This document shows positions 8,440 to 17,767 of a stretch of DNA of 40,343 nucleotides, in pieces. How positions within the stretch are numbered: the first letter of the stretch is position 1; every line of letters begins with the position of its first letter. The notes below the pieces were generated by a model. It searched no databases and was not told the origin of the DNA. It saw only the letters and a program-made list of their open reading frames with translations. A program made the position numbers and the translations under genes. The stretch is from positions 1 through 40,343 of the forward strand of contig DATMWF010000013.1 in NCBI GenBank assembly GCA_035562675.1, given 5' to 3'. The DNA comes from Arenimonas sp. Its GTDB lineage: Bacteria > Pseudomonadota > Gammaproteobacteria > Xanthomonadales > Xanthomonadaceae.

Positions 8440-11313
8440 ATGTCAGCACGTTCAGAGCCGTCCCGAAACAGCAAACGCATAGATGAACTGAAGGTGCCGC
8501 CGCAGGCCATCGAGGCCGAGCAGGCGGTACTGGGCGGCCTGATGCTGTCTCCGGAGTCGATCAACCATCTGGGCGACCTGCTGACCGACGCCGACTTCTA
8601 CCTTCAGTCGCATCGGGTCATCTACAAAGCCATCATCGAACTGTCCGAAAAGAACCAGCCATACGACGCGATCACCATCAGCGAATGGCTGCAGACCAAC
8701 AATCTGGCGACCCAGGTCGGCGGTACCGAGTATCTCATCGACCTGGTCAGCCAGACGCCGTCCGCCGCCAACATCAAGGCATGGGCTGAAATCGTCCGCG
8801 AGAAATCGATCCTGCGCCAGATGATCGAAGCGGGCACCGCGATCGTCAACAACGGTTTCGATCCGGACGGGCGTGAAATCAAGGAGTTGCTTGCCGACGC
8901 CGAGCAGTCCGTGTTCAAGATCGCCGAGCAGGGCGCCCGGGCCAAGAAGTCGTTCGTCGCCATCAAGGACGCCGCCAAAGAGGCTTACGAGCAGATCGTC
9001 AAGCGTTACGACAACCAAGGTTCGCTGTCCGGCCTGCCGACCGGGTTCACCGAGTTCGACGAAATGACCTCAGGGCTCCAGAAACAGGACCTGATCATCC
9101 TGGCGGCCAGGCCGGCGATGGGCAAGTGCCTGAGTGCGGATGCCGAAATCGTGCTTTCAAATGGTTCGATTGCCACGATTGAACAGATTTGCAGGAGCCG
9201 GGGAGGAACCGTTTCCACACTGGCGGATTCATTCCGTCTTGGTATCGCAGCACCTTCCGATTTCGTCGATGACGGAATCAAACCGACATTCGAGGTCACT
9301 ACACGGCTGGGCAGGCGCGTGGAGTCCACCGCGCCGCATCCGTATCTCACGATAGACGGCTGGAAGCCTTTGCTGGAGCTCAAGGAAGGCGATTTCATTG
9401 CCGTGCCGAGGACGCTCCCGGTGTTCGGCGACCAATCCATGCGCGAATGCGAAATCACGCTGCTCGCCTATCTGATCGGTGATGGCGGGTTGACCGGCAG
9501 CATGCCGAAATTCACCAGCTCGAATGCCGAAATCACTTCCGATTTCCTCGCCGCCGTAAATGATTTTGGCGGAATCGTCGCCAACCCGACGGAGATGCGC
9601 GAATCCTTCTCGCCGTCTTGGCGTGTGGCGGCGAACGATCAATCGATAACAGAGCAGCGAACGGCGTTCTCCAAGGCCTTGGCAGGCCGTATCGAGGCAT
9701 CGGGATCCTCGGCGAGACGTGTGGCGAGCGCCCTTGCTGTCAGTCCATCGTCTGTTACCAACTGGGTCAAGGGCAAGACCCTGCCCGATTTGGCGTTGCA
9801 AGGCCGGCTATGCAGCGTGCTTCAGGTCGAACCCGCCGATCTTGGCATGCTTTCGGATAATCCGGCGCGGAGAAACTCCCCCAATCCGTTGACCTTATGG
9901 CTTCTGGAATTAGGCTTGATGGGACATGGCGTGCATCACAAGTTCGTTCCATCGCCCGTGTTCCGCCTGCCGAAGATTCAACTTGCCCATTTCCTCAATC
10001 GATTGTTCGCCACGGACGGATGGGCCAGTACGTGGTCGTCAGGCCAGGCGCAAATTGGCTATTCCAGTGTGTCCGAACGTCTGGCGAGGCAGGTGCAGCA
10101 TCTTCTGCTGCGTTTTGGAATAGTCGCCAAGCTGCGTCAGCGCTGGATCAAATACCGCGATACAAGGCGCGTTTCCTGGCAATTGGACATCACGGATGCA
10201 GGAGCGATCCGCCAATTCATCGATGAAATCGGCATTCATGGCAAACAGGCCGCAATCGACTCGGTTTCCGATGCCCTCGAAAAGCGCGGCCAGCACGGCA
10301 ATGTGGATCTTATTCCCGTCCAGGTATGGGAGCGGATTGAGCGATCGAAGGGCGCCATGTCCTGGGCTGAATTGGCTAGGTTGACAGGCTATAACGAGTC
10401 CAACAGCCATGTAGGCAGGCGCGCCATGTCCCGTGAACGCCTGCATCGCATCGCCACGGCACTGCAGGATGCCGAACTTGCGGCATTGGCGACAAGCGAT
10501 GTCGTGTGGGATCGCATCGAGTCCATTGTAGTAACCGGCGAGAAACAGGTTTACGATCTGACCATACCTGAAACCCACAATTTCATCGCCAACGATATCT
10601 GTGTACACAACACAACGCTCGCGTTGAATATCGCCGAGTATGCGGCCCTGAAGACCAAGAAAGCGGTCGCCGTGTACTCCATGGAGATGTCGGCCGGCCA
10701 GCTGGCGCAGCGCCTGCTGTCGTCGATCGGCCGCATCAACGCCAACAACCTGCGTTCCGGCAGCCTGGAAGACGAAGACTGGTCGCGCCTGACCATGTCC
10801 ATAAAAATGCTGACCGAGTCGAAGATATTCATCGACGATACGCCGGCCATGTCGCCCCACGAACTGGCTTTCCGCGCCCGCCGCCTTAAACGCGAGCACG
10901 ACCTGGGCCTGATCGTGGTCGATTACCTGCAGTTGATGCAGGTGCCCGGCAACAAGGAAAACCGTGCCACGGAAATTTCCGAAATCTCCCGGTCGCTGAA
11001 GGCCCTGGCGAAAGAGCTGGACATCCCCATCATCGCGCTTTCCCAGCTGAACCGCGGCTTGGAAAGCCGGACCGACAAGCGTCCGATCATGTCCGACCTG
11101 CGTGAGTCCGGCGGTATCGAACAGGACGCCGACATCATCCTGTTCATTTACCGTGACGAATACTACAACAAGGATTCGGCGGAGAAAGGCCTGGCGGAAA
11201 TCATCATCTCCAAGCACCGTAACGGCTCGACGGGGTCGTTCAAGCTGAAATTCTTCGGCGAATACACGCGCTTCGACAACCTTGCCCACGACCATCACGG
11301 CAGCTTCGAGTAA
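8440..11313 (+). CDS. dnaB: Replicative DNA helicase DnaB precursor containing an intein; spliced product about 462 aa
   Basis: PPQAIEAEQAVLG, AARPAMGK|TT, DYLQLM, ALSQLNR, SDLRESGGIEQDAD and KHRNG. Confidence 0.97.
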   Translation: MSARSEPSRNSKRIDELKVPPQAIEAEQAVLGGLMLSPESINHLGDLLTDADFYLQSHRVIYKAIIELSEKNQPYDAITISEWLQTNNLATQVGGTEYLIDLVSQTPSAANIKAWAEIVREKSILRQMIEAGTAIVNNGFDPDGREIKELLADAEQSVFKIAEQGARAKKSFVAIKDAAKEAYEQIVKRYDNQGSLSGLPTGFTEFDEMTSGLQKQDLIILAARPAMGKCLSADAEIVLSNGSIATIEQICRSRGGTVSTLADSFRLGIAAPSDFVDDGIKPTFEVTTRLGRRVESTAPHPYLTIDGWKPLLELKEGDFIAVPRTLPVFGDQSMRECEITLLAYLIGDGGLTGSMPKFTSSNAEITSDFLAAVNDFGGIVANPTEMRESFSPSWRVAANDQSITEQRTAFSKALAGRIEASGSSARRVASALAVSPSSVTNWVKGKTLPDLALQGRLCSVLQVEPADLGMLSDNPARRNSPNPLTLWLLELGLMGHGVHHKFVPSPVFRLPKIQLAHFLNRLFATDGWASTWSSGQAQIGYSSVSERLARQVQHLLLRFGIVAKLRQRWIKYRDTRRVSWQLDITDAGAIRQFIDEIGIHGKQAAIDSVSDALEKRGQHGNVDLIPVQVWERIERSKGAMSWAELARLTGYNESNSHVGRRAMSRERLHRIATALQDAELAALATSDVVWDRIESIVVTGEKQVYDLTIPETHNFIANDICVHNTTLALNIAEYAALKTKKAVAVYSMEMSAGQLAQRLLSSIGRINANNLRSGSLEDEDWSRLTMSIKMLTESKIFIDDTPAMSPHELAFRARRLKREHDLGLIVVDYLQLMQVPGNKENRATEISEISRSLKALAKELDIPIIALSQLNRGLESRTDKRPIMSDLRESGGIEQDADIILFIYRDEYYNKDSAEKGLAEIIISKHRNGSTGSFKLKFFGEYTRFDNLAHDHHGSFE
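9127..10611 (+). mobile_element. Intein (495 aa) with LAGLIDADG homing endonuclease, inserted in the DnaB Walker A motif
   Basis: Begins CLSADAEI after GK. Block B STAPHPYLT; endonuclease blocks LLAYLIGDG, HKFVP, FLNRLFATDG and SVSERLARQVQHLLLRFGI. Ends VYDLTIPETHNFIANDICVHN followed by Thr. Codon usage visibly differs from the exteins. Confidence 0.95.
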
Positions 11314-11315
11314 AC

Positions 11316-12389
11316 ATGGCCAGGGCGACCACCGCAAGCATCCACATCGACGCTCTGCGCCACAACCTGGCGCATATCCGCAAAACCGCGCCTGGCTGCA
11401 GCGTCATGGCGGTGGTCAAGGCGGATGGCTACGGCCATGGCCTTGAACGTGTGGCGCACGCCTTGAGCGGCGCAGACGCGTTCGGCGTCGCGGCGCTATC
11501 GGACGCCCAGCGTCTGCGGGCGGCCGGCCTCTCGCAGAAGATCGTGCTGCTCTCAGGCTTCGATGAAGCCAGCGACCTTGAGCAGCTCCGCCAGTTGTCG
11601 GTCGATACCGTTGTGCATCATGAATCACAGCTTGAAATGCTTCGGCAGGACAGCGGGGCGCCGGTATCCGTGTGGCTGAAGATGGACAGTGGCATGCATC
11701 GGCTGGGATTTCCGCCCGAACACTTCCAGCGGGTTTATTCGGAACTCCGGGCCATGCCGAATATCGCCGACGACATCGTGCTGATGAGCCACTTCGCCAG
11801 CTCGGATGAACTGGATAATCCGCAGACCACTTCCCAGATCGCGCGCTTCGACCTGAACAAGGCCGGCGTTCCAGGCGCCAGTTCACTGGCCAACTCATCT
11901 GCGGTGCTGAATTGGCCGAATGCGCACCGGCAGTGGCTGCGCGCCGGTGGCGCCTTGTATGGGCTGACCGTGGCGCAGGGCAAAACCGGCGCGGACTTCG
12001 GCCTGAAAGCGGCCATGACGCTCAGTACGCGCCTGATTTCCATCCAGGACGTCAAGGCCGGCGAGCGCGTCGGCTATGCCGGCCTGTATCAATGCCCGGA
12101 AGACATGAAGGTCGGCGTTGCCGCGATAGGCTACGGTGACGGCTATCCGCGTAACATCCGGCCCGGTACGCCGGTCCTGCTCAACGGCAGGCGGGTTCCC
12201 GTCATCGGCCGGGTATCGATGGACCTGATGACCCTGGACCTGCGCACGCAGCCTGAGGCGCGGGTAGGGGATCCGGTCGTGCTGTGGGGCGAAGGGTTGC
12301 CCATCGAGGAAATCGCCGACGCGGCCAATACCATCAGTTACGAGCTGACCTGCTCCATCACACGCCGGGTAAGGTTCATCGAAACATAA
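11316..12389 (+). CDS. alr: Alanine racemase
   Basis: AVVKADGYGHG (PLP lysine), DSGMHRLG, IGYGDGYPR and GRVSMD. Confidence 0.96.
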   Translation: MARATTASIHIDALRHNLAHIRKTAPGCSVMAVVKADGYGHGLERVAHALSGADAFGVAALSDAQRLRAAGLSQKIVLLSGFDEASDLEQLRQLSVDTVVHHESQLEMLRQDSGAPVSVWLKMDSGMHRLGFPPEHFQRVYSELRAMPNIADDIVLMSHFASSDELDNPQTTSQIARFDLNKAGVPGASSLANSSAVLNWPNAHRQWLRAGGALYGLTVAQGKTGADFGLKAAMTLSTRLISIQDVKAGERVGYAGLYQCPEDMKVGVAAIGYGDGYPRNIRPGTPVLLNGRRVPVIGRVSMDLMTLDLRTQPEARVGDPVVLWGEGLPIEEIADAANTISYELTCSITRRVRFIET

Positions 12390-12458
12390 GCGTTCACGCC
12401 GTTCTGACGGATGAATCGGTTTAATGGAACATTGATTTTCCGACATTCAAGGTGATTT

Positions 12459-13871
12459 GTGGCTACGGCAATGGTTTGGCTCCGCAGGGATCTACGGCTC
12501 AAGGACAACCCTGCATTGGCACAGGCCATCGCCGACGGCTTTCAGCCGGTACTCGTTTACATCCACGCGCCGCATGAAGAGTCGCCTTGGGCCCCAGGTG
12601 CGGCCAGCTCGGCATGGCTGCATCATTCCCTGAATGCATTGAGCCAGGACATCGGGAAAATCGGCGGCCGCCTGTTGCTGGCGCAGGGCGACTCACTTGC
12701 CGAACTGGAACGGATCCAATCGCTGAGCGGTTCGCAGGCCCTTTATTTCAGCAATCTTTACGAGCCGTCGCTGCAGGCGCGCGATGCCGTGGTCCAGCAG
12801 TGCTTCGAGCGAAAGGGCATTGCCGTGCACCGCTCCAATTCGGCCTTGCTGTTCGAACCCTGGCAGATCAGGACCGGGGCGGGAACGCCCTACAAGGTAT
12901 TCACCCCGTTCTGGCGCAATGCGCTTAGCCAGCTGCAACTGCGGCCGGAGTACAGGGAACCGTCGCAGCTGACGGATGCCACGGAGCTGCCAAGCCTTGC
13001 GGTCGACGACCTGAAGTTATTGCCGGAAAAGAACTGGCATGCCGGTTTCTGGCAACATTGGCTGCCGGGCGAGCAGGGCGCGCATGAAATGCTGGAAATA
13101 TTCTGTGACGGCACCATCAAAGGCTACAAGGAACAGCGCAACCTGCCGGACCGGACCGGCACCTCCAAGCTGTCACCGCATCTGCATTTCGGCGAAATTT
13201 CGCCGCAGCAGATCTGGCGGCAGGTGGAGCGGGTGCGTGTCTCGGAATCCGAGCGGGATGACGTCAAGCATTTTGGTTCCGAGCTGGGATGGCGGGAATT
13301 CTCATACCATCTCCTGCATCATTTTCCGCATTCAAGCGATCACAGCCTGAACCCCGGATTCGCGGAGTTTGACTGGGCCAAGACAGATCCATCGGTATTG
13401 GCCCGCTGGCAGCGCGGGCAAACCGGCGTTCCGATCATCGATGCCGGCATGCGCGAGCTCTGGCAAACCGGCTGGATGCATAACCGGGTCCGGATGATCG
13501 TCGCCAGCTTCCTGTGCAAAAACCTCCGTTACCATTGGCTGGAAGGCGCGCATTGGTTCTGGGACACGTTGGTGGATGCCGATTTGGCCAACAACAGCCA
13601 AGGCTGGCAATGGACAGCCGGCACTGGCTGCGATGCCGCGCCGTATTTCCGCATCTTCAATCCGGTCACGCAATCCGAACGCTTCGACCCCAAGGCCACC
13701 TACATCAAAAGATGGGTGCCTGAACTGGCCAATATGCCGGTACCTTTGGTATTTTCACCCTGGACCAAGCCTTCGGTATGCCAGGCAATGGCTCCGGACT
13801 ATCCATGCGTTCCTTTGGTCGATCTGGCGGAATCCAGGAATCAGGCTTTGGCGGCATATTCCGGCAGATAG
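12459..13871 (+). CDS. phrB: Class I CPD deoxyribodipyrimidine photolyase
   Basis: GTG start. WLRRDLRLKDNPAL, YKVFTPFW, TSKLSPHLHFGEIS, TGWMHNRVRMIVASFL and PYFRIFNP. Confidence 0.93.
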   Translation: MATAMVWLRRDLRLKDNPALAQAIADGFQPVLVYIHAPHEESPWAPGAASSAWLHHSLNALSQDIGKIGGRLLLAQGDSLAELERIQSLSGSQALYFSNLYEPSLQARDAVVQQCFERKGIAVHRSNSALLFEPWQIRTGAGTPYKVFTPFWRNALSQLQLRPEYREPSQLTDATELPSLAVDDLKLLPEKNWHAGFWQHWLPGEQGAHEMLEIFCDGTIKGYKEQRNLPDRTGTSKLSPHLHFGEISPQQIWRQVERVRVSESERDDVKHFGSELGWREFSYHLLHHFPHSSDHSLNPGFAEFDWAKTDPSVLARWQRGQTGVPIIDAGMRELWQTGWMHNRVRMIVASFLCKNLRYHWLEGAHWFWDTLVDADLANNSQGWQWTAGTGCDAAPYFRIFNPVTQSERFDPKATYIKRWVPELANMPVPLVFSPWTKPSVCQAMAPDYPCVPLVDLAESRNQALAAYSGR

Positions 13872-13925
13872 TGCCCGCGTTGCCGTTTTGCGGTAAAGTT
13901 AATTCAACTTTCCGCCGGGTTTCCC

Positions 13926-15392
13926 ATGAGCGCTGTCCGTAAATCGTACAAGAAGACTCCGATGAGCCGCGTCGACCACGCCTGGCTGCGGATGGAGCGT
14001 GCCACCAACCTGATGATGATCAGCGGCGTGATGATGTTCGAAACGCCGGTCGACATCAACCGCTTGAAGAAGGTCATCAAGGACCGTTTCATGGCCTATC
14101 CGCGCTTCCGCCAGAAAGTGGTGGAAACCGCCACCGGCACTTTCTGGCAGGAAGACCCCGATTTTGACCTGGACTGGCATGTGCGCCTGTCGGCGCTCCC
14201 CGGCAAAGCCGATAAGATCGCGCTGGAACGCTTCGTCAGCCTGCTGGCATCGACACCGCTGGACAAAACCAAGCCGCTTTGGCAGTTCCATCTGGTCGAA
14301 AAATACGGCGGTGGATCGGCCCTGATCGTCCGCATCCACCATTGCTATGCAGACGGCATCGCCTTGGTGCAGGTGATTCTTTCGATGACCGAAAGCGAAT
14401 CCAAGCCCTCGAAACGCGAACCGTTGGCCAAGACCTGGCTCAAGGACGACGGTAAGGCGGTGCATGCCCGCATGGGTGCCATCGGCCGCTATATGAAAAT
14501 GGGCGAAGACTTGCTTGAAAAAGGCCTGGACATCTACCGGGACCCCGGGCTGGCCAGCGTGATGGCCAAGGAGGGTGGTGAAATCGCTCGCGAGCTCGCC
14601 GTCGCACTGTCGCTCAGCGACGATCCGGAAACCATATTGAGGGGTCGCCTGGGCGTGCGCAAGCGCGTGGCTTGGGCGCCGCCGTTGCCTCTGGAAGAGG
14701 TAAAGGCGATTGCCCGCGCCTTCGACGCCACCGTCAACGACGTGCTGATGGCATCGATGGCGGGAGCCCTGCGCAGTTACATGATCGAGCGCGGCGAGAA
14801 CATAGACGGCGTGACCATCCGGGCCACTGTGCCGGTCAACCTGCGGCCGCTGGAGCACGCCAAGAAGCTGGGCAACCATTTCGGCCTGGTGTTCCTTGAC
14901 CTGCCGGTCGGCGAGCCGCATCCGGTGCTGCGCCTGGTGCGCGTCGTGGAAAGCATGAAACAGCTCAAGCAGTCGCGGCAGGCCGTTGTCGTTTATGGCT
15001 TGCTGGCGGCGCTCGGCATGGCTCCGCCGATGCTCCAGAATCTCGCGTTCGAGCTTTTCAGCCGCAAGGCCACGACCGTTGCCACCAATGTGCCGGGGCC
15101 GCAGATGCCGCTGTACATGGCCGGATCCAAAATCACCGAGCAGATGTTCTGGGTGCCGCAGACCGGATCCATTGGATTGGGAGTCAGCATCCTGAGCTAT
15201 AACGGCAACGTGCATTTCGGCCTGATCGCCGACGCAAAACTCATGCCGGATCCCGATGCGGTCATCCAGCGCTTCATTCCGGAGTTCGAGAAACTGCTGT
15301 ATATCGCCCTGATGAACGACTGGGGCGATGAAGCGGCTTCAGGAAAACCGCCCGCACCGAAACGGCACAAGGCGGCGAAACTCAGTTCTTGA
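13926..15392 (+). CDS. Wax ester synthase / diacylglycerol acyltransferase (WS/DGAT)
   Basis: MSRVDHAWLRME, PLDKTKPLWQFHLV, catalytic HHCYADG, ATVNDV, VPVNLR, GNHFG and TNVPGP. The start could instead be 13962. Confidence 0.9.
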   Translation: MSAVRKSYKKTPMSRVDHAWLRMERATNLMMISGVMMFETPVDINRLKKVIKDRFMAYPRFRQKVVETATGTFWQEDPDFDLDWHVRLSALPGKADKIALERFVSLLASTPLDKTKPLWQFHLVEKYGGGSALIVRIHHCYADGIALVQVILSMTESESKPSKREPLAKTWLKDDGKAVHARMGAIGRYMKMGEDLLEKGLDIYRDPGLASVMAKEGGEIARELAVALSLSDDPETILRGRLGVRKRVAWAPPLPLEEVKAIARAFDATVNDVLMASMAGALRSYMIERGENIDGVTIRATVPVNLRPLEHAKKLGNHFGLVFLDLPVGEPHPVLRLVRVVESMKQLKQSRQAVVVYGLLAALGMAPPMLQNLAFELFSRKATTVATNVPGPQMPLYMAGSKITEQMFWVPQTGSIGLGVSILSYNGNVHFGLIADAKLMPDPDAVIQRFIPEFEKLLYIALMNDWGDEAASGKPPAPKRHKAAKLSS

Positions 15393-15837
15393 ACGGCGTC
15401 AGCTCGCCGGGGGTACGCAGCATTTTGTTGACTTCATCCAGATGCAGTTCTTCCTGGTAGATCATTTCCCGGGCGTATTCCTCCAGAACCACCGATTTGC
15501 CTTCAACCAGTTTAAGCAGTTTGTAATAACACTGTCCGGCCAGCTTCTCGTGCTCGAGGCTTTCGCGCAGGATATCGCCGATATGGTGTTTTTCGGTTTC
15601 CAGAAGGGCGCCGATCTTGAGCGAGGGATGCCCGCCGAGCATGGTCACCAACTCGCCGGCCTTGTGCGCGTGCGCCAGGCTTTCGTCTGCGTTGCCCTTG
15701 AGCCATGAAACAATCGGTATCCGGTTGTAGCCGAACACCATGAGCGAGTAGTGGGTGTAACGGACCACCCCCGACAGCTCGAATTCCATGATTTCATTCA
15801 GCAGTTTGACGGCTTTCTTCTTGTCGAGGTCTTTCAT
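15382..15837 (-). CDS. Bacterioferritin-like / ferritin-like diiron protein
   Basis: Four-helix pattern LNEIMEFEL...DESLAHA...LGGHP...SLEHE...QEELH with ferroxidase-type E/H ligands. Confidence 0.85.
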   Translation of the reverse strand: MKDLDKKKAVKLLNEIMEFELSGVVRYTHYSLMVFGYNRIPIVSWLKGNADESLAHAHKAGELVTMLGGHPSLKIGALLETEKHHIGDILRESLEHEKLAGQCYYKLLKLVEGKSVVLEEYAREMIYQEELHLDEVNKMLRTPGELTPFKN

Positions 15838-15934
15838 GGATCAATCCTTCCTGTCAGTGTTGATGACATCCTAGCAAAGTCCCGGAAAGTTAGTGTATTT
15901 CATTCGCATTTGCCGGATGGCGGCGACGTGTCCA

Positions 15935-17767
15935 TCAATCATCGTCATCAACCAGGAAACCGCCGCTCTGGTGCGCCCAAAGACGGGCATACAGGCCGCC
16001 GCTGCCCAAAAGGCCGGCATGTGTACCCTGCTCGACGATACGTCCCTTGTCGAGTACGATCAAACGGTCCATGGCCGCGATGGTGGACAGCCGGTGCGCG
16101 ATGGCGATGACGGTCTTGCCTTCCATCAGCCGGTAAAGGTCGCGTTGGATCACGCTTTCGACCTCGGAGTCGAGTGCGCTGGTGGCTTCATCCAACAGCA
16201 GGATAGGGGCATCCTTGAGCATCACGCGGGCAATGGCGATCCGCTGACGCTGTCCACCGGACAGCTTCACGCCGCGCTCCCCGACATGGGCATCGTAGCC
16301 GTTTCGGCCTTTGGCGTCGCTCAAGGCCAGGATGAACTCCTCCGCCTCGGCATTGCGTGCCGCCTGGCGCATGGCGTCCTCGCTGGCGTCAGGCTGGCCG
16401 TACAGAAGGTTGTCGCGCACCGATCGGTGAAGCAGGGAGGTGTCCTGGGTGACCATGCCGATCTGCCGGCGCAGCGAGTCCTGCGTGACGGCGTTGATGT
16501 CCTGCCCATCGATCAATATCCGCCCTTCGCTGACCTGATAAAACCTCAGCAGCAGATTGACGATGGTTGATTTGCCGGCGCCACTGCGGCCGATCAGGCC
16601 GATTTTCTCACCCGGATGGATGGTCAGGTCAAAGTCGGCGATGACCGGCCTGCCGGCATGGTAGGTGAAGCTGAGCTTCTCGAACCGTATTTCACCGCGG
16701 CTGACGTGCAGTTCGGCGGCTTCTGGCACATCCTGGATCATCACCGGTTTGGCCAATGCGCTGATGCCGTCCTGCACGGTGCCGATGTTTTCGAACAGAC
16801 TGGCCATTTCCCACATGATCCAGTGTGACACGCCGTTCAGCCGCAGCGCCATGGCTGTCGCCGCCGCCACGGCGCCGATGCCGACCGATCCCAGGCTCCA
16901 CAGCCACAAGGTGGCGCCTGCCGTGGCAAGGATGAGGGCCATGCTCAGAATATGGTTGACCACCTCGAAACCGGTCACCAGGCGCATCTGCCGGTAGACC
17001 GTGGCAAGGAATTCCTGCATCGATTGCTTGGCATACACGGCCTCGCGCTGGTTATGCGAAAACAGCTTGACGGTGGCGATGTTGCTGTAGGCATCGGTGA
17101 TCCGGCCGGTCATCAGGCTACGGGCATCGGCCTGCGCACTGGCGGCTTTGCCCAGACGCGGCACGAAAAACGACAGGGTGGCCGCATACAGCAGCAGCCA
17201 GCCGAAAAACGGCAGCAGCAGCCGGGTGTCGAAACTGCCGGCGACCAGGGTCATGGTCAGGAAATACACCACCACGAAAACCAGAATGTCGGTGACGATC
17301 ATCACCGTATCGCGCACCGCCAGCGCAGTCTGCATCATCTTGGCGGACACGCGGCCGGCGAACTCATCCTGGTAGAAACCCATGCTTTGGCTCAGCAGAT
17401 GCCGGTGGAAGTTCCAGCGCAGGCGCATCGCGAAGTTGCCGTTCAATGCTTGGTACTTTATCAGGGCCTGCAGGGCGATCAGCACCGGACTGGCGATCAG
17501 GATGGCGGCCAGAATCCCCAGATTGCGCTTTTCCTGCGTCCACAGCAGATGTGGCGGCACCTTGCTGAGCCAGTCCACGATATTGCCGAGCATGGCGAAC
17601 AGAACCGCTTCGAAAGCGCCGATCAGCGCGGTCAGCAAGGCCATTGCCGCAATCAGGCCGCGCAAGCCCTTGCTGGCCGCCCAGATGAAAGGAAACAGGC
17701 CCGCCGGGGGTTGTTCGGGCGGAGCATCGGGAAAGGGATTTACAAGGCGTTCGAACCAGGAGAGCAT
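15935..17767 (-). CDS. ABC exporter, fused permease and ATPase (MsbA/MdlB-like)
   Basis: N-terminal TM domain; GRSGAGKS, LSGGQRQR, LLLDEATSALD and IAHRLST. Confidence 0.93.
   Translation of the reverse strand: MLSWFERLVNPFPDAPPEQPPAGLFPFIWAASKGLRGLIAAMALLTALIGAFEAVLFAMLGNIVDWLSKVPPHLLWTQEKRNLGILAAILIASPVLIALQALIKYQALNGNFAMRLRWNFHRHLLSQSMGFYQDEFAGRVSAKMMQTALAVRDTVMIVTDILVFVVVYFLTMTLVAGSFDTRLLLPFFGWLLLYAATLSFFVPRLGKAASAQADARSLMTGRITDAYSNIATVKLFSHNQREAVYAKQSMQEFLATVYRQMRLVTGFEVVNHILSMALILATAGATLWLWSLGSVGIGAVAAATAMALRLNGVSHWIMWEMASLFENIGTVQDGISALAKPVMIQDVPEAAELHVSRGEIRFEKLSFTYHAGRPVIADFDLTIHPGEKIGLIGRSGAGKSTIVNLLLRFYQVSEGRILIDGQDINAVTQDSLRRQIGMVTQDTSLLHRSVRDNLLYGQPDASEDAMRQAARNAEAEEFILALSDAKGRNGYDAHVGERGVKLSGGQRQRIAIARVMLKDAPILLLDEATSALDSEVESVIQRDLYRLMEGKTVIAIAHRLSTIAAMDRLIVLDKGRIVEQGTHAGLLGSGGLYARLWAHQSGGFLVDDDD

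Noticed and set aside
10039-11337. 432-aa minus-strand ORF over the intein and dnaB
   Set aside because: Antisense shadow with no recognisable domain.
12421-12458. ECF-sigma-like GGAAC...TCAA upstream of the photolyase
   Set aside because: The spacing is too short and the site too close to the start codon to support.
13899-15215. 438-aa minus-strand ORF
   Set aside because: Shadow of WS/DGAT.
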